64,000 bases of DNA, from IMG/VR virus record IMGVR_UViG_3300025154_001556, one strand, 5' to 3'. The notes beneath the pieces are model-generated. The model searched no databases and had not been told where the DNA came from. It saw nothing but the letters and a program-made list of their open reading frames with translations. Both the position numbers and the translations under genes were made by a program. Below are positions 45,424 to 55,229 of the stretch, one piece after another (the stretch's first letter is position 1; each line of letters begins with the position of its first letter). The DNA comes from a virus (taxonomy: Duplodnaviria > Caudoviricetes).

Positions 45424-46194
45424 TTATACTACTTCTAATGTAGCTGGTGCTGCCCCTTCAAAAATAACTTCTTCTTTATTAGAAAGTTTTGATAATGGGG
45501 GAATAAGATATTCAGCTACAATGTGGCGATTTACAAATATATCATTTAACCTTGTAGCCTTTTTAATCAGCTGTCTTTTAACATAAGTACCACGTTTAAA
45601 GTGTGTAGGGTAATCGTTCCAATTTACACCTTTTCTCATAAGCATGTCTAACATCTCTTCCCTATTTTTAGAGTGCAGTTCTTTGTGTGCATAATGGAAT
45701 CTTGCTGCCATAGAGACACTGTTTTTAATTGCATCTAATTCACGCCATACAAGTGTGTTGACTGCCTCCATTTTAGTAGGAACCACCCAAGCACGACAAT
45801 CAAATAGACCAGCATCTTCACCTTTTTCAGGAATAACTTCTTTAAGATAAGAAGAAAACATAACTGATGCCGCTGAAGCCAATACAGAAACAATCTTCTG
45901 TATTTTTCCATCAAAATAAACTTGTTTATTATAACTATCGCTATATAAAATAAGGCTTATTTCATCACTTTGGGTGTAACCTATTATTGCGTTTGACATT
46001 GAAACTAACGCCCCAGTGACATTTATCATTAAATGACTTAAACGTTCATCATAAGGCCTTTTAAGGCCTTTTGTAAGTGTACTAAAACATTTACCATCCA
46101 ATCTTACACATATAGGTAGTAAAGGAGTAAATTGTCTGCCTGACTCATAACGCTCTAACAATTTCATCCTGTCACCCAGCGCATCTTTATTCAT
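45424..46194 (-). CDS. tRNA(His) guanylyltransferase Thg1-like protein
   Basis: VRLDGKCFS..TK...RPYD, YTQSDEISL, QKIVS..AS, FDCR, WR..DA..NS. Confidence 0.92.
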   Translation of the reverse strand: MNKDALGDRMKLLERYESGRQFTPLLPICVRLDGKCFSTLTKGLKRPYDERLSHLMINVTGALVSMSNAIIGYTQSDEISLILYSDSYNKQVYFDGKIQKIVSVLASAASVMFSSYLKEVIPEKGEDAGLFDCRAWVVPTKMEAVNTLVWRELDAIKNSVSMAARFHYAHKELHSKNREEMLDMLMRKGVNWNDYPTHFKRGTYVKRQLIKKATRLNDIFVNRHIVAEYLIPPLSKLSNKEEVIFEGAAPATLEVV

Positions 46195-46312
46195 AGTTTC
46201 CTCCTAACAAATGCTTAATAAAAAAAAACGGCAGAGAAAAGTGATTAAACTGTTTTTGAGTTCTGATTAATGGTCAGAATGAAGTAAGTGTAATCTGCAC
46301 TACTACCGTTTG

Positions 46313-46386
46313 CGCTGTGTACAGGAGTCGAACCTGCGAATGCCGACTAGAAAGGTCGGTGTCTTAAACCACTTGACTAACACAGC
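46313..46386 (-). tRNA. tRNA-Glu(UUC)
   Basis: GCTGTGT/ACACAGC, G73; CCGAC-CTTTCTA-GTCGG; GCAGG-TTCGACT-CCTGT. Confidence 0.9.
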
Positions 46387-46607
46387 GTAAATTGATTTTA
46401 GGGTTTTTTATTAATTTCTTTATTACCCTTTTCTAATAAAAAATTTTATCCATAGGAAAGAAAATTTAAGCAGCTCTTTTAAAGTAATACGTTCACCAGC
46501 AAACCAAGTAGTAGCTAAACCAAAACCCACACCTATAACAATATAGATAGTAAATAATACAAAAACTATACAAAGTAAATCAAGTAGCATATGCCCACCT
46601 CATACAA

Positions 46608-47180
46608 CTAAGTTGTTTTAGAAATTAATTCTTTTGCATACTCAAAATGTTTAAGTACATCCTTAAATTTAGGACTTTTTTCCCCTCCTGTCCTTAGCAG
46701 ATAGGACGGATGATATGTAGGTATAGCATAAATGTCCTTAGCATATTCATACAAGCGTCCCTGCATTGCACTTAGTGTTTGCTTCGCATCCAAATTTAAC
46801 ATAGCTCCGGCAGCGTCTTTACCTAACAATAATATTACTTTTGGTTTAATTAAATTTACCTGTGTTATTATATAGGGTAAACAGGCGTCTATCCAATCTT
46901 TTTGGAGCGGTTGGCCAGCAGCTAAGTAACATTTAACTAAATTAGTGATGTATACATCTTCATAAGTTAAAGATGTTCTAGCTAAAATTACATCAAGTAG
47001 TTTACCGGCTCTACCAACAAAAGGTATACCGACTTTGTTCTCTTCGTCTGCTGGCACCATACCACATATAAGAAGTTTAGCAGTAGGATTCCCTTTATCA
47101 AAAACGGGAAGCAGACGTCCTTCGTGTAGTGAACAAGCAGTACATTCTGCTGCCATATAATATAAGGTGATTAAATCCAT
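46608..47180 (-). CDS. Uracil-DNA glycosylase, family 4
   Basis: CTACSL, G...P...E...G.PFVGRAG.LL, YITNLVKC, TYHPSY.LR. Confidence 0.92.
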   Translation of the reverse strand: MDLITLYYMAAECTACSLHEGRLLPVFDKGNPTAKLLICGMVPADEENKVGIPFVGRAGKLLDVILARTSLTYEDVYITNLVKCYLAAGQPLQKDWIDACLPYIITQVNLIKPKVILLLGKDAAGAMLNLDAKQTLSAMQGRLYEYAKDIYAIPTYHPSYLLRTGGEKSPKFKDVLKHFEYAKELISKTT

Positions 47181-47202
47181 TCAGTTAAATCCTCAATTTT
47201 AG

Positions 47203-47454
47203 TTAAACACATTTCTTAGCGAGTACTAATTCCAACCCAGGGGTTTTAATGGACTGTTCTACCAAAGCCCGTGTCTCATTAAAAATCTCTAAACTGATTA
47301 TATCATTTATTTCCGCTTCAGTCAAGCCAATATCTGATTTTTCTTTCTTAATGCATCCCATTGTTTTACCTCTTCTGGTTATACACGCATGAATATTCTT
47401 CTTTGTGCTATCAGAAAATTTGCTTCTGTTTAATAATCTTAATGCTGCGGTATA
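47203..47454 (-). CDS. Exon 2 of intron-split phage gene (83 aa; spliced product 137 aa)
   Basis: YTAALRLLNRSK...ACITRRGKTMGC continues exon 1 in frame. Confidence 0.85.
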   Translation of the reverse strand, partial: YTAALRLLNRSKFSDSTKKNIHACITRRGKTMGCIKKEKSDIGLTEAEINDIISLEIFNETRALVEQSIKTPGLELVLAKKCV

Positions 47455-48515
47455 CAGACTGTTTACTCCCATTACTGGAAGGATCGGACTATACCACAAG
47501 TTTGAGTTTATCTAAAAAATATTCTTGACTTAGGTTCTCGTCATATCTAAACCTTATCATAGTTACTCCATTACTTGCACATAATTTGTTTTTTATAGTG
47601 TCAAGTGTCTGTCGGCGCTCAACATCTTTTTGAGTATCATAACCCAAACATGGGTAAAAATGCTGCTTTCCGTCATACTCTAATGCTATGGAGTGGTCGG
47701 GCAAAAAGATATCAAGAAATAGATTATGTCTGGTTTCTGGGTTTCTTAGCCAATCAAAAGTTTTTTCCAGTTCTATACTAATTCCTATATCTTTAAGCCA
47801 CAGTACCATATCTTTTATTTTGTATGAGCCCCTAACCCCGTACCGCAGGTAACATCTTTTTGAGCAGTAGTAATTAGGATCTCGTTTAGCTCTTGAAGGC
47901 CCCCTAGCAAAAATAATTCCACAACCTTTACAAGTAAACAGTGTCTTTTCTTTTAGCATACTTTTGTTGTGGCAGAGTTTAGAACAAAACTGCCCCCGCC
48001 CTTCACGTAATGCTGTACTTATAGAATCAAGTCTAAAGTCTTTACCACACTGAGCACAAGTATGTATAGGTATATTTACGTTATATTTATAATTACTTGT
48101 ACTAGAAATTTGGCGTCCTTGTAGTCTATGCCCGCATTCCGTGGAGCATGTTCGTATCTCTCTACGTTTTGGGGTAAATAAATTACTACAAATGGGGCAT
48201 ATAATTTCTTCTTTATTAAAAGACTTATGTTTTAAACCCTTCATAGTAATACTTCGCCATTGGGAGGCGCAGTTTTTACTACAAGTAGTTTGTTTACGTT
48301 TACTTATAAAGTAATTTTTACATATTGGACATTCTTTGTTCATACAATCCTCAAACTTCCCGGCGTATTATACACTCGTTGTGTATCTCGACTTTCGTCT
48401 CAGTCTCTGCGGGGTCAATTACGACTTCCCTCAGGATTGCCCTCAACTTAATTGGTAGGGGTTCCCTGATATGAGCCAGGTTTATTAACGTGCCCACCAT
48501 ACCTTAATAAGAAAA
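47455..48515 (-). mobile_element. Group I intron (1061 nt) encoding a homing endonuclease
   Basis: P1 GTGCCCAT/GTGGGCAC with U.G at the 5' splice site; P10 GGTAT/ATACC; CAGGGAA..CAATCCTGAG (P4/P5); CGCAGAGACTG and GGTATAGTCC (P7); P9 CTTCC/GGGAG; terminal G 47455. Confidence 0.9.
47489..48343 (-). CDS. Intron-encoded homing endonuclease: Zn-finger repeats plus Vsr/DUF559-like nuclease
   Basis: Repeated CxxC...CSxxC; LFLDIFLP...IALEYDGKQHF; stop overlaps the P7 3' strand. Confidence 0.82.
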   Translation of the reverse strand: MNKECPICKNYFISKRKQTTCSKNCASQWRSITMKGLKHKSFNKEEIICPICSNLFTPKRREIRTCSTECGHRLQGRQISSTSNYKYNVNIPIHTCAQCGKDFRLDSISTALREGRGQFCSKLCHNKSMLKEKTLFTCKGCGIIFARGPSRAKRDPNYYCSKRCYLRYGVRGSYKIKDMVLWLKDIGISIELEKTFDWLRNPETRHNLFLDIFLPDHSIALEYDGKQHFYPCLGYDTQKDVERRQTLDTIKNKLCASNGVTMIRFRYDENLSQEYFLDKLKLVV

Positions 48516-48677
48516 ATGGGCACAATCATTAACTGGAAAACTTTTTCCAGGACCGCAAAAGGTTGATTTCTTTAACTTTTTTCTTTCCTTGGTAGTTAAT
48601 TTAGCGGCGTCTTCTTTACCAAGGGCAGTCCGTGCTCTTTTTAATAGTTGATCTAATGCATCTAAAAATTCACTCAT
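48516..48677 (-). CDS. Exon 1 of intron-split phage gene (54 aa)
   Basis: AGGAG RBS; MSEFLDAL...LTTKERKKLKKSTFCGPGKSFPVNDCAH, ending at the P1-defined splice site. Confidence 0.85.
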
Positions 48678-48688
48678 AATAGTTCTCC

Positions 48689-49330
48689 TTATCTAGATAA
48701 ACAAACTAGTTTATCATTTTGTATATACTCATTGAATAAAGCAAAAAATCTATTTGCGTATTCTATTGGGGTATATTTATCAAACCAGCACAAAATTGTG
48801 CCGTCTTTGGCTAAAACTCTTTTAGCTGCCAGCACCATATCTTCTATGGCGGGCAGAGTTTCTTCATCTATATGTGAATAAAAGTCAATGAATATAAAAT
48901 CGTACTTCCTGCTTGTTTGGTACATATAAGTAAGCCCATCGCTGTTTAATATTCTATGCTTACTTTCATCATAACGAAGCCACTTATTATCTCTGGAACC
49001 GTCATCTAACAAACACTGTATTTTTCTTTGTACATTTATGACGTCTGCATTCTTTTCAATAGTAGTTAAAGATATAACTTCGGGTTTGGTTAAAATACAT
49101 CTGGAGGCTATACCAAGACCTAGACCGATTTCCAAACAATTTCCTTTTGGAAAGCTCCATAATTGCTCTATGTAATCATTAACTTCACTTTCTAATGCCC
49201 AAAGAGTATGGCCATCACCAAGCTCTAAGTATAGCTCATTATTCATACTGTAAACTCTGGCAGTATTATGTGCCGCCACAAGTTCGCCATCTCTGAAATA
49301 AAGTAGTCCATCCATTTTGGCAACTCCCAT
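48689..49330 (-). CDS. Class I SAM-dependent methyltransferase (spermidine-synthase-like fold)
   Basis: CLEIGLGLG, TTIEKN.DVI, SDG..Y, YDFIFID. Confidence 0.75.
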   Translation of the reverse strand: MGVAKMDGLLYFRDGELVAAHNTARVYSMNNELYLELGDGHTLWALESEVNDYIEQLWSFPKGNCLEIGLGLGIASRCILTKPEVISLTTIEKNADVINVQRKIQCLLDDGSRDNKWLRYDESKHRILNSDGLTYMYQTSRKYDFIFIDFYSHIDEETLPAIEDMVLAAKRVLAKDGTILCWFDKYTPIEYANRFFALFNEYIQNDKLVCLSR

Positions 49331-49377
49331 GTATACGGTTGTAGTACAAAAACATGTTTTAGCCTATTAATACATAA

Positions 49378-49635
49378 TTATTCTTTGGGTATATCAAGGA
49401 CTCTATCAAACTCGAACACCAAATTTATACTTACCGCTTCCGCTTTTGTATTATCAAAGGCTACCGGAATGCCACTTTCATCTGTTGCTATAACAGGTTT
49501 TTTATAACGTATACCAACGTTGCCATTCTTGGCCACAGGTAGATAAATATCCAATAATGCTGCTATTTCAGATCTGACATAATCAGACCAACCAGTTGTT
49601 ACTTCTTTATCCAACAGATCATTAGTAGTTTCCAT
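49378..49635 (-). CDS. Hypothetical protein
   Basis: GGAG RBS before ATG 49635. Confidence 0.5.
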   Translation of the reverse strand: METTNDLLDKEVTTGWSDYVRSEIAALLDIYLPVAKNGNVGIRYKKPVIATDESGIPVAFDNTKAEAVSINLVFEFDRVLDIPKE

Positions 49636-49639
49636 ATAG

Positions 49640-50122
49640 TTAGTTCTCCACCAATTGTTTCTTATCTTTTGCGGCATCTTTATCTTGATCATAAACAAGA
49701 CTTACTAAGGCTGTCAGATTACGTCCCCATTCAGGATCATCCGCATTTAATTCGAGTTCGATGTAAAAGTCGCTTATTTCATGATCCACTATTTTAGGTG
49801 TGCCTTTTTCATCGATGAATACATGACGCATTTCATGTGAAATAAGACGTTTTTTGTCTGCTTCTGACGCTAACCCCCACGCTTTGTGGTCAACAATTAT
49901 AATGTAATCATAACCTTCCAATGCTTTATCATCTTGTGTAAAAAACCTGATTTTAGGGGAAGCAAGCTCGATGCTGGCCAAACAAATTTTACCTCTGCTT
50001 ACACGTTTCTTTGTGTCATATATCAACCTAAAATTTAAATTAGCCAAATTTGGAAAACGCTCTTCAACAACATTAAGAAAAACCTCAACTAAATTTTCAT
50101 CACATTCAATATATCTGCTCAT
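49640..50122 (-). CDS. Putative phage metallopeptidase
   Basis: LISHEMRH (HExxH), HEI.DF. Confidence 0.75.
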   Translation of the reverse strand: MSRYIECDENLVEVFLNVVEERFPNLANLNFRLIYDTKKRVSRGKICLASIELASPKIRFFTQDDKALEGYDYIIIVDHKAWGLASEADKKRLISHEMRHVFIDEKGTPKIVDHEISDFYIELELNADDPEWGRNLTALVSLVYDQDKDAAKDKKQLVEN

Positions 50123-50378
50123 ATTTTCCTTTAATCCTTTTAAAATTTAAAACAAGTTTAGCCTTTAATACTATAAAATAAGTTATTTCCTGCCATATTT
50201 TTTATCGTAGTGCTCTTTTAAGGCTGCTATATCCTTGCTAGTTGGTTTATTGTTACCACTTACCACACTTTGTTCTTTTGCTGTACTAACTTCTTGCATT
50301 TACTTTTTCTCCTTATAGATGATTTACTCATATATAATTTCTAATCAGTATAAACCATAATGGTTTATTAATCAACAA

Positions 50379-50579
50379 TTAATTTATTTTGGCTTCTAAT
50401 TTTTTACCACAGATTGGGCAATAATTTATATTTATGCCATAGGTATAGACACGTGTATGACTAATCTCATTAACTAGCTCTTTCCAGGAAAGAACCCAAC
50501 CATATGGTTCTACCCATTGAAAAACTAAGGGATTTTTTTCAGCAATGCTTCTGCCGTCCTCGCAGCTACAAAAAGTCAT
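50379..50579 (-). CDS. Small Cys-containing protein
   Basis: C.C...INYCPICGKKL. Confidence 0.6.
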   Translation of the reverse strand: MTFCSCEDGRSIAEKNPLVFQWVEPYGWVLSWKELVNEISHTRVYTYGININYCPICGKKLEAKIN

Positions 50580-50651
50580 TAAGCACCTTAAATGTGTTTA
50601 CTTTGAAAAATACTGTGGGGCCTTAATGGCCCCATAGATAATTACTAATTA

Positions 50652-51161
50652 TTATACACGTGTGCCAGGAGCCACATAGCCAGCAGGGCCAGCGTTACGT
50701 GCACCAAAATAATGCCAACCTTCTGACGGATAAATACGTGGCGCAGCAAACCCAGAGGCATCAGCCTCCCTGGTATCCATAACGTCCATTGAAGGGGCAT
50801 TAGCACCCATGGGACGTCTACTACCAAGACCCATTATAGTAAACTCATCATTACGTACACGCTTTACAGTAGAGCCCCAAACAAAAGGATTCATGTTGTA
50901 CTCACCATCCTGAGCAAAAGAAGGAACAACAGGGTTCATGAGCTCATCTTTGGCTTGGTATGAAAGTACGGTCTTAGTATAGTCATCTGAATTTCTTAAG
51001 CCATAGTTTAAAGCACCGAAATTAGACATTTTGACACCAAACTGTCGGTACATCTGAGCACCTACACCGCCCGGTGTTACAACATCAGTTTCTGTGGGGC
51101 CTGTAGCTGCTACTTGAAAAAAATCAAAATTAAATGTGTCTGCCATGGTAATATCCTCCAA
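50652..51161 (-). CDS. Hypothetical protein
   Basis: GGAGG RBS; followed by a hairpin near 50615-50635. Confidence 0.65.
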   Translation of the reverse strand: MEDITMADTFNFDFFQVAATGPTETDVVTPGGVGAQMYRQFGVKMSNFGALNYGLRNSDDYTKTVLSYQAKDELMNPVVPSFAQDGEYNMNPFVWGSTVKRVRNDEFTIMGLGSRRPMGANAPSMDVMDTREADASGFAAPRIYPSEGWHYFGARNAGPAGYVAPGTRV

Positions 51162-51263
51162 AAGTATTGTTAGTTTCCCTTCTATATATAAAGAAAGGTT
51201 AGATTATTTAATTCTTACTTATTATATAGTACAAGAAATCAATTATATACTTTTGAATTACTT

Positions 51264-52130
51264 TTATTTTTCCATAAAATCATAAAGGCGGATTGAAATA
51301 GTACTATGATCAAATAAATATTGTGCTGTATTATCGTAATACGCCAAACTTGAAACAACCACTTCTTTAATTCCAGCGTTTATTATTTTAACCGCACATT
51401 TACCACACGGCTGTCCGCATGTTAAGTAAAGAGAAGCATCTTTTGTAGCTATGCCCATACGAGCACAATTAACTATTGCTGATTCCTCAGCATGACTGGC
51501 CACACAGAGATCCATGCCTTCTCCTGATTTGTAACCAAGCACCTTTCTGGGACATTTACCTAACAAGTATTTAGAATTACGTTCCGGTCTATTAAATGAT
51601 TTATCTAGTACCCATCTAGTATCACAAGGAGGTACCCCTCTTGGAGGACTATTATATCCCGTGCCTAAAATACTATTATCTCTAACTAACACTGCACCAA
51701 TGCGTCTAGAAAAACATTTGGAATTTCTAGCTGCTTGTGCGGCTATACCATAAAAGTATTCATCCCAACTTTTAACTGGTGTCTCATATGAAGATACATA
51801 ATCATGGGAAACAACTGGGGTGTTATTATTTAATTCACCACAATGGGTTAACCACTTACTAACCAAAGCGGCTACCCCTGCGTCATCAATACATTTACGA
51901 GCAACAACAGAGTCTAACATGTCTAAAAAAGCTGCGTAAGAATAACCCAAGGTGTATGCTGTGCTTATAGCATTGTATATTTGTAATACCTCTGCTGCAA
52001 CAGTACTATCAGAATTTACGTATAATTCTATATTGTCGTAAGCTTCTTCTATTTTTTTATTGTCATTACCAAAATTAGCTTTAATGGCTGCTCTAAAATC
52101 AGCATCATTTATATTTGACATATTATTCAT
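51264..52130 (-). CDS. dCMP deaminase with N-terminal extension
   Basis: SWDEYF, S.C..R.IGAVLV, GYN, HAEE.AI, PCGKC...IINAGI. Confidence 0.9.
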   Translation of the reverse strand: MNNMSNINDADFRAAIKANFGNDNKKIEEAYDNIELYVNSDSTVAAEVLQIYNAISTAYTLGYSYAAFLDMLDSVVARKCIDDAGVAALVSKWLTHCGELNNNTPVVSHDYVSSYETPVKSWDEYFYGIAAQAARNSKCFSRRIGAVLVRDNSILGTGYNSPPRGVPPCDTRWVLDKSFNRPERNSKYLLGKCPRKVLGYKSGEGMDLCVASHAEESAIVNCARMGIATKDASLYLTCGQPCGKCAVKIINAGIKEVVVSSLAYYDNTAQYLFDHSTISIRLYDFMEK

Positions 52131-52380
52131 CCTCTTTTAAATTTTCTAGCATATCCTCTACACCAAAAAACGGGTTATTTTTCTTTAACTCTTCTCTTTT
52201 ATATGTGTAAAGAGACAAGATATCTTCTAAATATAATAAAACAGTTTCCTCTAAATCTGGATTTATTTCCATATCTATTATATGCCTATTCATGTCTACT
52301 TCATATACTTTGCCGCCGAGGCTTTCAATAAAGTCTATTATCTCAGAAAGCATCTCTTTTTCAGAATACAGTCTATTCAT
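52123..52380 (-). CDS. Hypothetical acidic protein
   Basis: ORF track. Confidence 0.55.
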   Translation of the reverse strand: MNRLYSEKEMLSEIIDFIESLGGKVYEVDMNRHIIDMEINPDLEETVLLYLEDILSLYTYKREELKKNNPFFGVEDMLENLKEDE

Positions 52381-52390
52381 TATATACCCC

Positions 52391-53155
52391 TTAGTTTAAA
52401 TGCGCTTGTAGCACAGACATAACCAGCTTTTCCACTTTAATATAATCGGGTTTTACTGGTAGTTTACTATGCTTAAAACTACATTCTATCTTTTTAAATA
52501 ACCTTTCAGCCTCAGCTTTTACTTGTATTAAAGACCATTTACCTGTTTTTATTTCAAGAAGTTCTTCAAAATCTTCTCTATGTATATTTAATTCACCAGA
52601 ATTAAGGTATTCATCACCCATCCTAAGTAATCTTATACAGTGGCTGGCATTTTTTGGGTCAAATCCATACTTATTAACTAACTCTTTTCTTTTGCTACCC
52701 ATATAACCCAATTTAATATTACTTTCCATATGTTTAAGTTGACCATAAGCATAGCCAACAAAAGAGTTGTAGGCCTCTTTTGATATAAATAGTTTTTTAT
52801 TATCTATTAATAGTTGTCCAGCAGGTGCTTTATTTAAGTAGTGCTCAGATTTCAACCATAGCATGCCTAATACATTAGGATTAGACTTTAATAGCAAATT
52901 TACAAATTTTCTAAATTCATAAGATACAACATCATATTTATCTTTAAAACATTCTATTGCCCTTTCATGTTTTCTTTCTAACCCTAAACCTATGTAGTAT
53001 TCCTTAGGTGCCATGTATACACCCATAAGATCTATATCGTCAATGGAGTTTGGATCTGTGTTGGGTATATACATTCCGTGGGCGATACTTCCACGATATG
53101 CTTCTATGATGGTGTTATCTGGGAATAATTCTTTACTTAATTCTGGTGTTAACAT
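52391..53155 (-). CDS. Pol-beta superfamily nucleotidyltransferase (RlaP/YcgL-like)
   Basis: YRGSIAHG......DDIDLMG, YE..KF..LL...NPN, KNA.H..RLL.MG. Confidence 0.82.
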   Translation of the reverse strand: MLTPELSKELFPDNTIIEAYRGSIAHGMYIPNTDPNSIDDIDLMGVYMAPKEYYIGLGLERKHERAIECFKDKYDVVSYEFRKFVNLLLKSNPNVLGMLWLKSEHYLNKAPAGQLLIDNKKLFISKEAYNSFVGYAYGQLKHMESNIKLGYMGSKRKELVNKYGFDPKNASHCIRLLRMGDEYLNSGELNIHREDFEELLEIKTGKWSLIQVKAEAERLFKKIECSFKHSKLPVKPDYIKVEKLVMSVLQAHLN

Positions 53156-53207
53156 TTCTTTACGATCCTTATTATTAGATAGATAGAGGGACGTTACTAA
53201 TTAATGT

Positions 53208-53624
53208 TTATTTTATATAATTACAAACTATATTCTCTATTGTTTTTCCATTATCATTTAATAAATATGCCCTTGAATCCAGCATAACTATAAATTCAGA
53301 ATCATTGTTACGCCAACAACTAATTACTGCCGTTACAGTACATTCCGTACAACCCACAGACATACCATTAATTGTTTCTCCTGGACAATTGCATTTAGTA
53401 CCTGCATGTACACTTGTAAATACTGCGTCAGGGGCTGGATAATTTAAATATGCGGCGGCGTTATTTGCATAATACATTATTTTTACTCTGGCTATGTTGT
53501 CATACAACCACCAAGCTACATCGTCTACTAAGGGTAAGTTAGTGTTTATTGTTGCTGTGTAGGCACGTAATGGTGCGCCATTAGCAGTTGTAACACGTGA
53601 ATAATCGGCTACTTTTAGTATCAT
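53208..53624 (-). CDS. Hypothetical protein
   Basis: ORF track; AAGGAG RBS. Confidence 0.6.
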   Translation of the reverse strand: MILKVADYSRVTTANGAPLRAYTATINTNLPLVDDVAWWLYDNIARVKIMYYANNAAAYLNYPAPDAVFTSVHAGTKCNCPGETINGMSVGCTECTVTAVISCWRNNDSEFIVMLDSRAYLLNDNGKTIENIVCNYIK

Positions 53625-53640
53625 ATCTTTAATCTCCTTT

Positions 53641-53674
53641 CTATCTGTTTATCTATCTATCTATCTATCTATCT
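53641..53674. repeat. (ATCT)n tetranucleotide run in intergenic DNA
   Basis: ctatctgtttatctatctatctatctatctatct. Confidence 0.7.
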
Positions 53675-53728
53675 AATAGTAAAACTAATTTTTATTTCTG
53701 TTACTCTTATTTTAAGTATTTATTTTAT

Positions 53729-54136
53729 TCACCAACTCACTTCAAAATAAGTATAATAAAGTTCCATGCCGTCAAAACAATCAGATCCTGATCTACAAAC
53801 ATCCTTTGTATCTACTATTTTTACCTTGTACCCAGCAGCCTTCAATCTATTAATAAATGGGATAAAAGCTTTGTCATTTAGACAACCAGATATTTTGTAA
53901 TCTTCCATAGGCTGTATTTTTACAACGTTTTCACCCGCATTTGCTGCCTTGGCTATAATGGAGTCGGTGGTTGCATTTAATATTTTAAGTGCTTCCGCTA
54001 TAACAGAAGCACGTCTCCTGTCTATTTCTTTTTGTTCTTTTTCTGCTTTGATACGGCGATTACGTGTGTCTAATTTAAGCTTGTTCTCAGCAATTTTTTT
54101 AGCTTCTGCAGCACTTATCATATTGTTATCCTCCAA
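53729..54136 (-). CDS. Hypothetical protein
   Basis: ORF track. Confidence 0.6.
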   Translation of the reverse strand: MEDNNMISAAEAKKIAENKLKLDTRNRRIKAEKEQKEIDRRRASVIAEALKILNATTDSIIAKAANAGENVVKIQPMEDYKISGCLNDKAFIPFINRLKAAGYKVKIVDTKDVCRSGSDCFDGMELYYTYFEVSW

Positions 54137-54355
54137 AAGACATCATGTCTAATATAAAATTGCTACGAAAATCAAAAATCAGTGCGTGGTGTCTTATCTT
54201 AAAATGTATTATCCGGCCACTCCAAAATCTTTGCACATTTATCCATTGATTCCAACAGCCCTCACTGGCGGCCGGATAGGTTTTCCTAAAATTTACATAG
54301 CTAATACGAGGAATTAACCGACAGAGATTAACAAAATATGCAACGACTGTTTTAT

Positions 54356-54679
54356 TCATACACAGTCCTCTGATAAAAATTCTAAATAATCATTTAGGTG
54401 ATCTCGTAGCTTGGTTACCTGATCAACCCACTCAGCCATAGACATTTCATAAGTCCTATGTAATCTCGCCCTCTCATGACAACTTGATATTTCAATAAAA
54501 TAAAGATCTTCTTCTGAGTCTTGTCTTGAACTCCATTTAATTTTCCCAGCCCATGAAACCACAGTACTAGTAGAGGGTTCATTCTCTGGGGTAAGAAACT
54601 CCTTTTTACACCATACAGCTTCCATTGATTTTCTCCTATAAAGTTCCGCGGCGGGTCTAGTGCTCGCTTGCACAGACAT
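54356..54679 (-). CDS. Conserved phage hypothetical protein
   Basis: KKEFL...IEISSCHE.ARLH. Confidence 0.55.
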   Translation of the reverse strand: MSVQASTRPAAELYRRKSMEAVWCKKEFLTPENEPSTSTVVSWAGKIKWSSRQDSEEDLYFIEISSCHERARLHRTYEMSMAEWVDQVTKLRDHLNDYLEFLSEDCV

Positions 54680-54875
54680 GTAGGCTTAAATATTAAATAC
54701 GCCAAAAATGATGGCTAGTGAAACGGCATGGAATTACCCCATGACTAACGTGTAAAATAGCCAACAACAGTTGCCTACCAGCTTCTCTAAGAGCACGGCC
54801 AGACACCATTATGTTCATATGCATATGTTTTAAATACTCTGTCACTTGTTATAACCTCGTCATCGTCAAAATTGG

Positions 54876-55214
54876 TCACGCCAAGAATCCTACCATTTTA
54901 GCAATTGTTTTATTTACCGTTTTTACTTTTACATGGCTTCTATGTAAAGTGTTTTCTATTTGTTTAGATACTGCCCAAGCAACTTGGTTGTCAATAGCGC
55001 CTTTGGAACACTCGTAGCCTAACAACAGCTCAAAAATTTTAGCCAGTTTTTCAAGTAGTCTGGCATACTTTTCACCTTTATCTGATGCTACAAGCTTTTT
55101 ACCTTTACGTACCACATTCACATTATACACACCTAATTCTTTTCGTAAAGTTGTGTATAATATTATTCTAAGCAACGGATTATTTTTCCAGTCTATCTGT
55201 CGGTATTTCTTCAT
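54876..55214 (-). CDS. Hypothetical basic protein
   Basis: GGAGG RBS; ORF track. Confidence 0.6.
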   Translation of the reverse strand: MKKYRQIDWKNNPLLRIILYTTLRKELGVYNVNVVRKGKKLVASDKGEKYARLLEKLAKIFELLLGYECSKGAIDNQVAWAVSKQIENTLHRSHVKVKTVNKTIAKMVGFLA

Positions 55215-55229
55215 ATGTAATCCTCCGAT

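Noticed and set aside
47203-47499. Stand-alone 98-aa gene starting MWYSP
   Set aside because: The first 15 codons are intron P7/P9 sequence; the rest is exon 2 of the spliced gene.
48260-48451. 63-aa + strand ORF
   Set aside because: Antisense to the group I intron core and endonuclease start.
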